The translations under genes and the position numbers were made by a program. From contig MU054391.1 in assembly GCA_013239625.1 (NCBI GenBank), forward strand, positions 9,085,095 through 9,149,094: DNA of 64,000 nt, in the 5' to 3' direction. The stretch is from Lama guanicoe. Lineage: Eukaryota. Below, piece after piece: positions 51,992 to 64,000 of the stretch (positions within the stretch are counted from its first letter, which is position 1; the number at the start of each line of letters is the position of its first letter). Under the pieces are notes generated by a model. It made no database searches. It saw only the letters and a list, made by a program, of their open reading frames with translations, and was not told the DNA's origin.

Positions 51992-53049
51992 GAAAATCCC
52001 AACATCAATTAAAGAAAGTGAAATACTTATTAAAAACTTTCTCATGAAGATAACTCTAGGCCCAGATGGTTTGACTGGTAAATTCTATCACGTAATGAAG
52101 AAAGAAAGAATCTTATACAAACATCAATCTTATACAAACTCAGAAAATAGAAGAGGAAATACTTAACTCATTATATGAGAATCACATGACTCTAATACTA
52201 AATTTTTTTAAAGACCTCATAAAAGCATAAACCCATATTCTTCATGAATATTGATGCAAATACCCTTAGCAAAAGTTTTAAAAATCAAGTCTAGTGATGT
52301 ATACTACATCCTAGCCAAGTAAGACCCATCCTGAGTGCTAAGGTGATACAGCTTTATAAGGGAGAAAAAACTTATGATCAATAGATGCAGTAAAAGCAAT
52401 GGACATAATGTATTACCCATTCATGATATAACCTTATATTATAAACTCTCATTGAACTAAAAATGGATGGAAATCTCACTGACATTATATAAGGCATTTT
52501 GGGAAAGCCTACTAATGATATTATACTTAATGATAAAATTCAAAATGCTTTTCCCCCTAGGATCTGGGACAAGACAAAGATGCCTACTCTCCCCACTTGT
52601 GTTCAATACTAGGCTGAAAGTCCTAAAGATTGAAATAAGGCAATAAAAATAAATGAACGGTATACACATCAGAAGGAAATAAGTAAAACTGTCTCTGTTT
52701 GTAGATGATATGATTGCTTACATGGAAAATCCTAAGAAATCTACAATAGAACTAGTTACCGTGAATTTATTAGGGACACAGGAGTCCTGAGCAGTGTTAA
52801 GGACCAAGCCTCGCGGAGGAACAGAATTAAAGTGGTTCTGTGAGCTGAGCTGTCCGTGGACTTCTTCCTCAGATCATGGAAACCAGGATTATTCCACTCC
52901 AGGGACACTGTGTCTTTGGTTCTTTCTCTACACATATCTCCTCATTTTTCTCTCAATGCTACCTGAATTCCAATCCAGGAAAGAACAATGTCCCCATGAA
53001 CTGGGCCCTGCCTGTTTCTCAGTTCCATGTCAAGCCTCTCTCTGGCCCT

Positions 53050-53420
53050 TACTGAATGCCCAGCTCCTTCTGGCCCCAGACCTTTGCACATGCTGTTTGC
53101 TCTGCCTTGAAGATAATGTCCCACCTCAACTCTTCACACAACCAGCTCCTCTCATCCTTAAACCAAAGTGTCACTTCTCAGGGATAACTCTCCATCTTTC
53201 CCCTAATCCCATTCTCAATTTCAGCCTTTGGTTCTTTACTTTAGACTATTTACCACCACTCTGTTCATTGTTAGTGTGATGACTTTCAGGATGTGTCTTT
53301 CTTCTAGAGAAAAGAGATCATATCTGTTGTATTCACTTCTGTATCACCAGCCAACAGCATAGTGCTTGGCATTTAATAGTTACTCAACAAATGTTCTTTG
53401 GATGATGGCTGAATGAGCAG
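53050..53420 (+). mobile_element. LINE-2 3' end
   Basis: cctttgcacatgctgtttgctctgcc...cagcatagtgcttggcatttaatagttactcaacaaatgtt. Confidence 0.85.
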
Positions 53421-55661
53421 AGGGTAACATGGCGTCTAACATTTCCCATGCCTCTTCAGTCTACCACTCTGGCCACAGAGGAGAGGAAACAAAATACTGA
53501 GTCCTCAGGTATCTATCATTTTTTGAAAGTTCACTTCAGGCCACTTTACTTCCACAAAAAAATTTGGGCTTACAAAAGGTTTAGGATCGCTCTACTTTCG
53601 GAGAGTGGGGGAAACCTGTATTTGGATTTATATCTGGGTTAAGATTAGCTGTGGGATCTTGTGTACATGTCCTAACCGTGCAGTTTCTTACCTAAGATAT
53701 CTCTGATTTTGTTTTAAAACATGAGTAAAGCCAATCTTATTCATAGAGTTTTATGAGAATTAAAGACAGTGATGCATATGGCACGCCTGGTACGTAGCAA
53801 TATTATTTCTGGTTATTATCATGACCTCATTTGTTCGGAGTATCTTCACTAGTTGCTAATGAAGTTAACCCGATGTTAACGAAACACTTGATCCACTCAG
53901 AGTGATGAGCCAGGATTTATCCCCCAAAGACATGCATTCATGATGTTTTATTTAAACTAATTAAATTACTCCAGAGAAGTTCAACAATACACACTGGTAG
54001 TTGCTTTGACGTTTTAAGATTTTTGACACCATTGCTTTCATCCTGTGTTAAATTACGTGAAGAAATATGCCATCTCTAGCTTCAAGGTAATTTAGAGTAA
54101 CACTGTTGTATCCCTAGTTCCCATGTGAACATCTTCAGTGAAATAGACATTAGAAATTATTCTATATACCCTGGAAGATCTATTTAAAGAAATGTGCCTG
54201 TTTGGAAGAAGAGGGAGACTTTGGGGGGGAATTAAAATGCACGTCTCTTGACATTCAAAACAGAAAAGATATAAATTTGATAGATTTTAGTAAAAATATA
54301 ATTTCCACAACTAGCCTATTTGAGAGTGCTGTATTAGCATTAATGACTAGCTTAGCGATTAGATTTGTATTGGTCAGCCTTTCAGAGCCATCAAAGGAAG
54401 TAGCTTAACAGGAGTTCTCCAAGACAACAGAGTACACATGGAAAAAGCTAGGATTTGGAATCAGATTCATAGTTGAATTTCAACTCATTTGTTTACTTGC
54501 TGTGTGATTTAGGGAAATTTTTTTTAACCTCTCTGAGTCTCAAGTAAAAGTGGAGTACAGATATGTATGCACAGTTGTCTGTGTGTATGTCGGAGCGTGT
54601 GTGGGGACCAAATGAAATAATGAGTAGTAAGACGCTTTCTAGGTGCCCACCACGTATTCACAATTTCAGGAGATGAAGCAATGGGAGGCGAGACTGTCAA
54701 GCTCAGCTACACTATGAGGAAAAAGTGGGGATGGTTAGAGTCCTGACCCTTCTCATCTTTGTTCCATATTTCTCCTCCAACAGAAATCAGAGTGATTTCA
54801 ATAACCCATCTCCTCACCTCTCCCTTTATTCCTTAGCTCGGCTCAAGGTCTACTTGGCTACACAGGAAAGTCTAAAGACAACGCCATGGGTTTCAATGAC
54901 CTGGCATCTGGAATTTTCACCTTTTTTCCCAAATACCGGCTCCAAAACCATGCCTCATTCTTCCTGGATACCAATTTCCCAACAGACTACCCCTTCAAGT
55001 ACTCCAAAGTTACTCATCTGCTCTACCTGTCCTAAGTACTGACTTTTACATGACTTTGTTTTCTTTTGTGTCTCCTATAGAGTCAAAAGGAACAAAGGTT
55101 TGCAGTCCCGATGATGATTCTGGTAAGAACTGGCTGGTCTTGCTGTTCTCTTGGTTGTTTTGAGGCTGGAGAGGATTTAAACCTTAAGGACATTCTTTAA
55201 AACACCTCCACTCCTTTCACACATTAATCATAAATTGGGACACATTCAGTAAGACCCACCGGCACTCTTCACACTATGAACTGAATTCTCGTAGTAATAG
55301 AAAACTGAACCAGTATCTTATTGTCATATCAAATCCCATTATTTTTGCTCAAGTTCAATTTAAAACAAAGGTCAATTGAAAAACAAAACAAAACAATAGT
55401 CAAATGAAGACTAAAGGAGAATTTTAAGCTGGGAAGGCGTGTTGGGATAACTTCCCAGCACCTGGCAATTTCCATCCGGGAAATAATCTATAGTCAAAGG
55501 TCTCTGTGACACCACTTTGTATGGCTGATATTCTGGCAGCTTAAAGAAAAGTGGTACCCAATGGAAGGTGATGATGGTGAATTCTGATTGATCATTAGGT
55601 CCATCAAGGTCCCAAAGCACCTCGGTAAAGTTCTTTACCGAGGTTTTATGAACAAGACCTC

Positions 55662-56113
55662 TGCGTTAGTGTCACAGGGCTGCTGTAACAAGTTATCATG
55701 AACTGGATGGCTGGATCAACAGAAATGTGTCATTTCACAGTTCTGGAATCTAGATGTACGAAATTAAAGTATTGGCAGGCATGGTGCCTTCTGAACACTC
55801 TGAAGAAGGATCTGTACCATGACTGTCTCCTAGCTTCTGGTGGTTTCCAGCAAGCCTTGTCATCCTTTGGCTTGTAGACACATCTCTCCAATCTCTGTCT
55901 CTGCCCCAGTGTAGGGTTCTCCCTTGTGTCTCTGTGTCTTCTCCTTATCTCAGAAAGACACCAGTCATATTGGATTCAGGGTCCATCCTACTCCAGTATG
56001 ACCTCATCTTAACTTTGATTACATCTTCAAAGACTTTATTTCCAAATATGGTCACATTCTAAGGTTCTGCATGGACATGACTTTGGGGATTGGGGCATGA
56101 TTCCATCCTGTAT
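55662..56113 (-). mobile_element. MLT1C-like MaLR solo LTR
   Basis: agggctgctgtaacaag...tcacagttctggaatctaga...tcctagcttctggtgg...gacaccagtcatattggatt...tatttccaaatatggtcacattct. Confidence 0.9.
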
Positions 56114-58073
56114 AGCTTCTCTTGGGAAATATGAAAACAACCCCTGCCTGGGATGTACGCACAGATGTACAAAGTCATTCTATTTACTCTGATTCATTAA
56201 GTATCTCTTCTCCGGTAAAAACAAGACTTTGCCTTTGTAACTGGAAATCACTCGCTGCAGTGGTTGTAATTTCCTTTAACTCTACGTGTTGACCAGAAGG
56301 CAATGCTTTTCAGCAGACTGGGGAATGTTTCCATCTTATCCCTTCCCTCTCAGCTGGCTCTTTCCTTTCCTGTGGCAGCAACAGGAGAGAGAGGCTGATG
56401 TCAGATTCTCAGAGGGGGCATTAAATTGTTGAGGATCAGTAAGGGTCCTCAACTTTGTAGTCCCACTGGGCAGTATCACCGTGGGGACCCAAATAATGAG
56501 TGACAGTGCCTAGCAGATCACCTAATGTAGAGAAAGAACTAGATTTATTTTTATCAAATCTAAATATGAAACATTTCCTTCAAGAATGAACTTGGAATGG
56601 GAACAAAGAGAGTTGAATAAACTGGCAGATAAGGTGGTCAAGAAATGGCTCAATTTATGAATCCAACTGAATAAGAAATTGCCAAACAATGTTCATGGAC
56701 CAAGCCCTGTAAATTTGCAGAACTGCCAAGACATGCTGGGAGATTCGGTGGAATTAGTATGGACAACATATAAAAATTGCTGATGTTGAGCAAACTCAGG
56801 TAGGTTAATTCAACACTCTTCCAATTTTTCTGCCTCTTCCCAGCTTTGATGGTATCAGAGATCGCATCTGCACAAAAGGTCAGATAGCAGGAATGATAGT
56901 ACCATTACTTACTAAGCATCTACTATATTCTAGGCATCATAGTTTGCATTTAACATACAATATTCAACCTCAAAGGCAAGAATTATGAGCTCAGTTTTGT
57001 AAGTGAGGAAATTTAGGCTTATAAAGACCACGTTTCCCCATCATGCTACCCTGCTTCACCAGCCCTGGTACATGTATGCATCAAAGGTCTTGTAAAGACT
57101 ATGCAACAAATACCCTCCCCTCCATCTCATCTGGATCATAAATTTAATCGTTTCCCATTTAACACTCACATCTTTTGTCACATTTTCATTATTCCTTTCC
57201 AAAACAAAACAAAACAAAATCAAATCAAAACAAAACAAAAACTCAAAGCATGTTACTTAATCTCTCTAAGCCTCAGTTTCTTCATCTGTCAAGTAGAAAG
57301 AATAATACTCACCTTCAAGGGCTGTCATATAAAAAGTACATGGTAAGAGTTCAATGAGTTGAGGTTATTATCCTCACTGTATTTTAGCAACTGGCTTACG
57401 CTTCAAAGGGGCGATTCTCCACGCACTTTTCCCAAAACACCACAGCACCTGTCTGTGAGGGCAGGATGCGCGGGTGGCCAGGGGATGGAGAGTGTGGAGA
57501 ATCTGTGTGGGGTGGGGAGGAGGGGTGCTGAAGGACACAGATAATCTTTAATGACCTCAACAAGTTCTAGAAACCACATTGTCTCCATGGGAACCATTCT
57601 GTCCTTTTGGTTACATTTCTCGATAGTCCTGGGGGTACCTTGAGTTTGCAGCTTCTGCTGCTGGGGAGGAGAGAGGAGGTTGGAGGCAGAGAGCAGGGCC
57701 TTCTGGAAAGTCACCGAGCCATGTACATTTAAGGCATCCCCCGCCAAGTGTCTAGATGAGTGAACCCAGTATTTATTGTTCAAATAAAACACTGCATTGT
57801 AAAATCAGTGTATTCCACAGTAACTTCTGCAGCAGGAAAAATCTGTTTGCTGATTTGTCACTCGAAATTTATATTTGAATCCATGGACTCACCAACTCTT
57901 AGATTTGGAAAAGATCATATAGATTATTTAATCTTAAAGTAAGTATTCATTTTGTCAGTAGGAGAATTAGAGCTCGTGATTAAATGGTTTGCCAAAGATC
58001 ACACAGCTAATTTGGACACAGCTGGACCTATGAACTCTGTTTCCCTTTTTAAATATGGAGATAATCACAGGAC

Positions 58074-58250
58074 AGGGCTTCTCAGCCTCAGCACTGTGAC
58101 ATTTGGGGTGTCCTGAGCATCGCGGGATGTTTAGGGGCATCTCTCCACCAAAGAGAAATCAGTACCAACCTCCCCACACCCAGTACAACAATCCAGAATG
58201 TCTCTAGACGATGCCAGACAGGACCTGTGAGTGACATCACTCCAGTTGTG
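58074..58250 (+). mobile_element. MER20 hAT-Charlie MITE (degenerate)
   Basis: ttctcagcctcagcactgtgacatttgggg...tgtcctgagcatcgcgggatgtttag...aatgtctctagacgatgccaga. Confidence 0.8.
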
Positions 58251-58353
58251 TGAGGCTAACTGAGAAAATCAAGTGAGACCATCAGTGTGGATTTGTTTAA
58301 CAGACAATAAAGTACTGGACGTCTAATCATGGTTATTATTGGATCCGGGAGTC

Positions 58354-58367
58354 CTGCCACCTAGTGG
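58354..58367 (-). promoter_or_regulatory. Candidate CTCF binding site
   Basis: Minus strand reads CCACTAGGTGGCAG, a full match to the CTCF core CCASYAGRKGGCRS. Binding is not shown. Confidence 0.6.
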
Positions 58368-61300
58368 GGCTCTCACTCCCTCGTGTAGGAGGTTCTTGGG
58401 CCAGACTGGGATGAACCCTAGGGCTGGAAAACTGGGAGAGAGTTCATGCTGCCTTTGGAATTAAACCATGGATTCAGCTCATCACGGGTAAGTTCAGGTT
58501 TCTATTCTGCCGAACAAGCCCTCCCGCACCCATCCAAGGCCGGTTACTTCTCAAGCAGCGCCCACAGGAAGTCTCTCCAAAACCCACCGTCATTCTCAGG
58601 TTAGTTGCCTTTCTCTGTTCTCCCAAGTTGCCTGGCACCTCCCCACTGCTGCTCTCACCACCCTGAGTTACAATGGTCTGTTCACCCACCTGTCTCCCTC
58701 CGGAGACGTGGCTCTTGGGGAACTGACTGCATGTCATCCTTCTCTATATAATTAATTCGGGCAGGGCTCCACCTAGAAGGTGATCAGCTAACATTTGCTG
58801 CATGGGTAGATACATAAGTGATGTTTTTTCAAACAAAATAAAGTGAATCGACAGGCTTTAGAGATACACACAAGTCTATTTACTCTCAATCATAAACAGA
58901 GCAAAGGGTTCTCTGGCCAGGCAAAGAATTATTTCTGAATTTAGCTGGAGTCAGAAGCAAGGCAGCAGGTAGCTGCCTGTAGCCCTGATTGAAAATGTTC
59001 TAAAATATCCTTGAATAAAGTGTCTGTGTGTGCGCGCGCACGCGTGTATTAGAAGAAAATGAAATTTATCGGGGAAAATCTCTTTCAACGAGGAGTATGG
59101 TTGGCAGACTCCACAGTGTCTCCTCTGTGTGGAGCTCCACTTCAACCCTAAGGAAGTCCTGAGCGAATATTTGATGGATGCCATTTTGAAGGGAAGACAC
59201 GTGATTGGTCTGGCCCCGACTTTAATGCAACTGGAAGTGTTATCACAGTTAAAGAACGGTGCAGGGGGTGTATTGAGAAGATTGGAAGGCCCGGGCCAGG
59301 CAGGGCGAGCAGCTGAGGGAGACATCAGGAGGCAACCCACGGCCCCTCGGGCCAAATGTGGCCCGTTGGGCACTTAAAGGATGAGTCTACCATCCCAACA
59401 GCGGACACAATGCGCGGTGAAGTTGGATGCAGGAGGCCACACGCAGTTGATGGAACTATCTGCCTCTCCCTGATTCCAAGCGTACTGGGCATCTTGCCTT
59501 CCTGTGGGGTTTGCCTACAGGGTGTGTATGTATTGATCAAGCCAAAAAGAAGGACTGGCCTGTCAATTCTATTTCTCCTGATCAACAAACAACATTGTTC
59601 TCAGTCTCTAGACCTGAGTTTACTCGGTATCAATTGGACTTTCCAAATATGGTCAACTCTGGGACATTGGTGAGGTTGAGTTTCCAGATCCGTGAGATTA
59701 GGGGCCAGACCTGGGCCTTCCGTGGTTTCACGAAGTAAATCCCCAACAGCAAGGCCTCCTCAGAGCCAGTCTTCCTCTGCGGTCTCATCCGACCCCGCAA
59801 TGCCATGCCTTCCGTTTTCTCCACGCAGCGTTAAAATATCCCTCCTTGGGATGCAGTCCAACTGTTTCATAACAAATTGCAATGATAAACTCCTACATTA
59901 TGTCACAATAGCATGAGTTCGATCTTAATTTGCTTGCCAAGTAAGCTCTCCTGAACATAACCATGATTGTTTTCCTGGAACAACCACTCCATCTGGGGTG
60001 CACAGACTCAGAGAGAGAAGTGCCTCTCCAAATCCGACATACTTCCAAGACTTGAAGTTTTGTTGTCATTGGGGGAAAAAAACAACAACAAAGTGCCAGT
60101 CCTTCTCAGAATTCTGAGAAATGCTCTGGTTTTGTCATTTGAAATCTGTTCTTTCTCTACAAATAGGATCAATTCATTGCTGATTGATCAGCCTTAGGAA
60201 ATACAAAAGAAAAGTTTAGACTGACTAATGCATTTTTAATATTAACGGGGCACAGACCACATGTGTGTGTTGGGTCTACTGCCTAGTGCCTGCTGGAGCT
60301 CCGGATGTGAAATAACAGTCCCTTGAAAAACTTCTCACTCGTCGGGGAGCAGAGTGAACACATTTCCCAGAACACCTTGTAAATAGCTCCCAGTATCACC
60401 CTGCATGTAGCAGATTTGTAAGCGCACACAAAGCGGAAGGGAAAAACACAAGTTATTTACAAACACTGATATGATCAAGGCAGAAAAGCAAATGTGGAGA
60501 CCAAGAGACAGCTTGTAAATTTTGGTTTCCTTACTCGCCACCTCTGCTGTTATCTCCTTCCAAACACTGCTTACGTTGGTTTTCTTCCAAACTGGGGAAA
60601 GGGAAGACTTCTGAGCAGTTCCACAAATATCCCAGCATTGCTGCCAAAACTGTGTGACAGTTAAAGAAGGCCTGGGCTGTCTCTTCAGTGTCAACAGCTG
60701 CGTTTATTGTCGGGGCCCGTCAGCCCGCTCCATCTGAGGTGGGCACAGGCTTCTAAAATCTGCACCTCCACCCCTCCCGTTCCCACAGCACCCATGATGC
60801 TCTGCGGAGAATCTCTGTCCCTGCCCGTCAGCATGGAGTCACCTGGGCAAACGGCCGTCCTCCGGAAAAGTACAGATAATCAAGCCTCCACGGGGAAGAG
60901 GCGGGGGGTCGTTTCACAAAAGCACAGTCACACTTCAAAGTCCAACTGCTTGAGATAAAGGCGGAACAGAAGCTGCACCTCCCCAGCGAGGGGACCCGGG
61001 GAGAGGCGGCCACATCTGTTTGCTCCGGTTCCATTTCTGTTTGAAACCCGCCAGGGTCCTCAGATGGCAGTTGTGAAGCTCTGCTAAAGCTGTCGTTCCT
61101 CCAGGTAATTAAGTTACCTGGGAGGCTCCACATCATCCTTTGTTGGGGAAACAGCAGATTGTGGCGGGGAGTGGTTAAAATATTTTCCCCAGGGAGAGCA
61201 CATTAAACATTTCGTGTTTGAATTCTTTGCTCTCTATTTCTGTAATAACTGGTATTTTTTCATAGCGTTTCACAGTCTCTCAATCACTTCCCTATACATT

Positions 61301-62639
61301 CTCTTTTAACTTTGGTCACTAACCTGTGAGAGGTGACTACGATCTAAATGCAGAAATAAAGATGCACGGCAATTGAGTAAAATCTCCCTGCGATTATTCA
61401 GCAAGGGGGGAGCCAAGGCTCAAATCCTGGACCCGTGATTCCAAATCTTATTCTCTTCAAATGTTGAAATGGATGAGGTTTAAACAAGTAGAACCTACAG
61501 CTCTTAAATGCAGATTCCCTGCCTCTAAGTCTGTTCGGTCTTGAAATCTGCTCCAAAGATTCGCCTGGAAATAATCCAATTTGGATCTGAGGGATTTTTG
61601 AGGATTACTGATATCTGTATATTACATAATGTGTGTAAACACATTATAGAAATACACGCATATGCACTTACTTGTGTGTGTGTGTGTATGTATTATACTA
61701 TGGGGATTCTGAAAATTTTCTCAAAACCATAACAGATTACTTCCCCAGTCAAGCTGGGAATCTAGGTGGTTCTTGGGAATGAAGACCAGGTGCGTTTGGC
61801 TCCAAGAACGAGAAAATGCAGAAAAGAGCAGGTCCAGTGTAGATCCTATTCAATGAGGTTGATCCAGGCAAAGAAAGAACATGCCATTTTAAATACCTGG
61901 TGAGCACAGACAGAGAAATTGAGAAAGGAAAACAGGGAGGGGTGTTGATCACTGAAAAGACATTTCCACGCAGGGAGGGGCGGGGGAGCAGAACCAGAAT
62001 CACTTGCTTTGTCCCTAAGTAACTGCAGCAGGGGCGGCACTGTATCTGAACACGTGGGTGAATGAGCCGTGAGCCTGCTTTCTTGGTGCTCACGGTAAAC
62101 CCACTGGGGTGTTCCAAGGATTCAGAAAGGGAGCTGGGAGCCAGAAGCTCACCAGATGAATAAGGATGACAGAGTATTCTGGGCACAGAGAGCAGTGTGT
62201 GATTCACAGACGTGTAGAAGGAACTACAGATGGACCTGATCTTTCTGTCTGGGGTGAAGGGTGTGTACAAGGGAGTGAAAGGAGAAGGACTGAAAGAGAG
62301 AATCGAGAGCTGCTTATGAGGTTCTCCTATTGGTCACTAGGCTGCGGGGGGGAAGAGACGGGATGGAGATGATCCCAGTGTTTTAAGATTAAGTGTAAGG
62401 ACCTGAGGAGATTGCATTTAGCCATCCTCCAGCAGCAGGGCCTAGGATGCCTGGAACTGGGTGAGATGAGAAGACTGCAGTTGGTCCGAAGAGATGTGCT
62501 GAGGGCTTGAAGGAAGAAGGTAGGGCTGGAGGAAATCGGTTGTAAGTGATGTTCAGTGCAGCATAGCTGCCCAGAGCCCAGGCCCTGGATCTGCTGTGGT
62601 CCTCCTTCTTCTTTAGACCGTGTCCACAGGAGCCAGGCT

Positions 62640-63056
62640 GGACCCTGGACCCATGATGGTTCCCCACTACCTTCTGTCACTGGCCACAGGGATCGGTCCC
62701 AGGAAGGGATACGTGACTAAAAGTTGGACCAATCAGAAGGCTTTGCCAAGACCTTTCAACCTTGAGCCAGGGAAAGAAAGCCCTTCACTTACCAACACCC
62801 AAAGCAGCCAACAGTCACTCCTCCCAGTGAGAAGTAGCCTCTACAGTAGGTGAGAATAAAAGTGATGGAAAAAAAATACACACAGAGAGTCAGAGAATGA
62901 AAACAAAGATGGCTTCTGAGCCTCCCATTCTAGGTGTTTACAAGCCAGCTCAGCCCCGGACCTGCTATATGGGCCAGCTATGCCCTCCTTTTTCACCCAA
63001 GTTCTTTGATTTGGGATTAGTTATCGGCAGCCCTCCGAGGCTCTTAAGTAAAACAA
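62640..63056 (+). mobile_element. Old MaLR/ERVL-type LTR (MLT1H-J-like)
   Basis: tggccacagggatcggtcccagg...acgtgact...ggaccaatcag and a 3' end ctcttaagtaaaaca. Confidence 0.55.
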
Positions 63057-63158
63057 TGGGAATGACAGGACGAGAGACAGACCTGAGAGATCTGGAGAAA
63101 TGGAATTACAGGACGTGGGAATACGAAATAAGGTGCATCAAGTCTGTATGGACTAGAT

Positions 63159-63371
63159 CAGGGGTTGACAAGGGGTTTTCTGTCAAGGACAAGATGGTTA
63201 ATATCATAGGATTCGCACGCTATCTGCTCTCTGTTGCAGCTGCGCGGCCCTGCTGCTGTAACGTGAAAGCAGCCAGGGACCCTTGTAAAGAAGCAGGCAT
63301 GGCTGTGTTCAATAAAACTTTATTGACAAAGACAGATGGTGGGTCAGATTTTGCCTGCAAGCCAAGCCCTG
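63159..63371 (+). mobile_element. MER58A-like hAT-Charlie MITE
   Basis: caggggttgacaa..ttttctgtcaagg...gtgaaagcagcca...atggctgtgttcaataaaactttatt...ccctg. Confidence 0.88.
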
Positions 63372-64000
63372 GGCTCTATAGATCACCTTCTTTTGCTTTA
63401 ATTCCCAGCTCATCAAGCACTCTTCTGTTGCCAATCACATTTTCCAGACGCTCTTGATATTAGGTGAATGGGTTGCCTGGATTGAGGACACAGCCGTCTT
63501 CTTACTTGGAAAAAGACATCTTTTAGTACAGCAGTGAGTATTTGGCCAGGTGGTAGATATCTTTGTGCCAAGAAAGCCCAGGTTTCTTGGGCGATGCCCC
63601 TGAACCAGTCTGCCTAGCCTCTCTTCCCTGCATCCCCTCTGCCATACAGACGACCACCTCCCATCTTGAGACTTTCCCCGCAAATGCAGTGTGATAAAAC
63701 AACCCTCGCAGTGACTCTGGGAAGCAGCCGCATTAAGAAGTGGCCTGATGTCCCATTTCCAACTGAAGTTGAATCTACCCCCTGCCTCCTCTTTCTTACA
63801 CTTTCTGTTCCATCTTAATGCTTTCTACCTTCTGTTCACCCTGTTTCAAACTGCTAAAAGGTACTAGAGGCTAGATTTTTCACTTTAGGCACATCTCTTA
63901 GTTTCCTTTAATGCCATCGTGCTCATCTGCAAATAGGGGAACTATCTCTGTCTCCCGGGGTCGCTCAGCCAGTGAAATTAGATGACAAATATGAGATGCC

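Larger units (their letters stand above)
48885..52780 (+). mobile_element. Ancient L1M (~3.9 kb: decayed ORF1, spacer, ORF2 EN and start of RT) with two nested insertions
   Basis: Strong A bias. ORF 49361..49576 resembles the ORF1p coiled coil. ORF 51951..52166 contains TLGPDGLTGKFY (cf. L1 SPGPDGFTGEFY). Also gatctgggacaagacaaagatgcc and ctgtttgtagatgatatgatt, the FADD motif read as FVDD. Confidence 0.88.

Noticed and set aside
52109..52139. Short tandem duplication aatcttatacaaac x2 (similar ones near 13986, 27531 and 28193)
   Set aside because: Ordinary slippage duplications with no spacer or array organisation.
59129..59377. 82-aa ORF with protein-like composition
   Set aside because: GTG start, no recognisable domain and no convincing splice structure. 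Such ORFs are expected in GC-richer DNA.
61930..61990. G-quadruplex candidate
   Set aside because: Only three closely spaced G tracts. The others are separated by a long loop.
61749..62270. 173-aa minus-strand ORF
   Set aside because: S/L/P/F-rich composition typical of the antisense of purine-rich non-coding DNA. No family recognised.
62897..63457. 186-aa ORF
   Set aside because: It runs across an LTR remnant and a MER58A MITE, so it is a chance open frame.
1..64000. A novel multi-gene system (operon, CRISPR, defence island, retron, etc.)
   Set aside because: The sequence is mammalian, repeat-rich and non-coding. No ORF exceeds 194 aa, there is no regularly spaced repeat array, and there is no gene cluster.

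Overview
This is 64 kb of mammalian non-coding DNA that is AT-rich, CpG-depleted and dense in repeats. It most likely comes from a camelid (camel, alpaca or llama). Three short tRNA-Ala(AGC)-derived SINEs match the camelid Vic-1-type SINE, and the youngest L1 3' ends are of the cetartiodactyl type. I find no protein-coding gene, rRNA, real tRNA, CRISPR array or operon. The only recognisable ORFs are decayed LINE-1 ORF1/ORF2 remnants. The window is a layered fossil record of transposons: ancient L2 and MIR; eutherian L1M; MaLR and ERVL solo LTRs (MLT1, MER21-like, LTR33-like); DNA-transposon MITEs (MER53, MER81, MER44A, MER58, MER20, MER103-like); and at least seven lineage-restricted L1 pieces. 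Between them are unique stretches that look like candidate cis-regulatory elements, and the first ~1 kb may be the end of an upstream 3' UTR. I do not find support for a new biological system. The best second-look items are modest: a miR-1302-like MER53 hairpin, a perfect 12-bp inverted repeat, a strong CTCF motif, enhancer-like motif clusters, two 5'-inverted L1s, a possible L1 3' transduction and a three-level nested insertion. Repeat family names come from my recollection of consensus sequences, not from a database search. Boundaries of old repeats are approximate, to within tens of bp.
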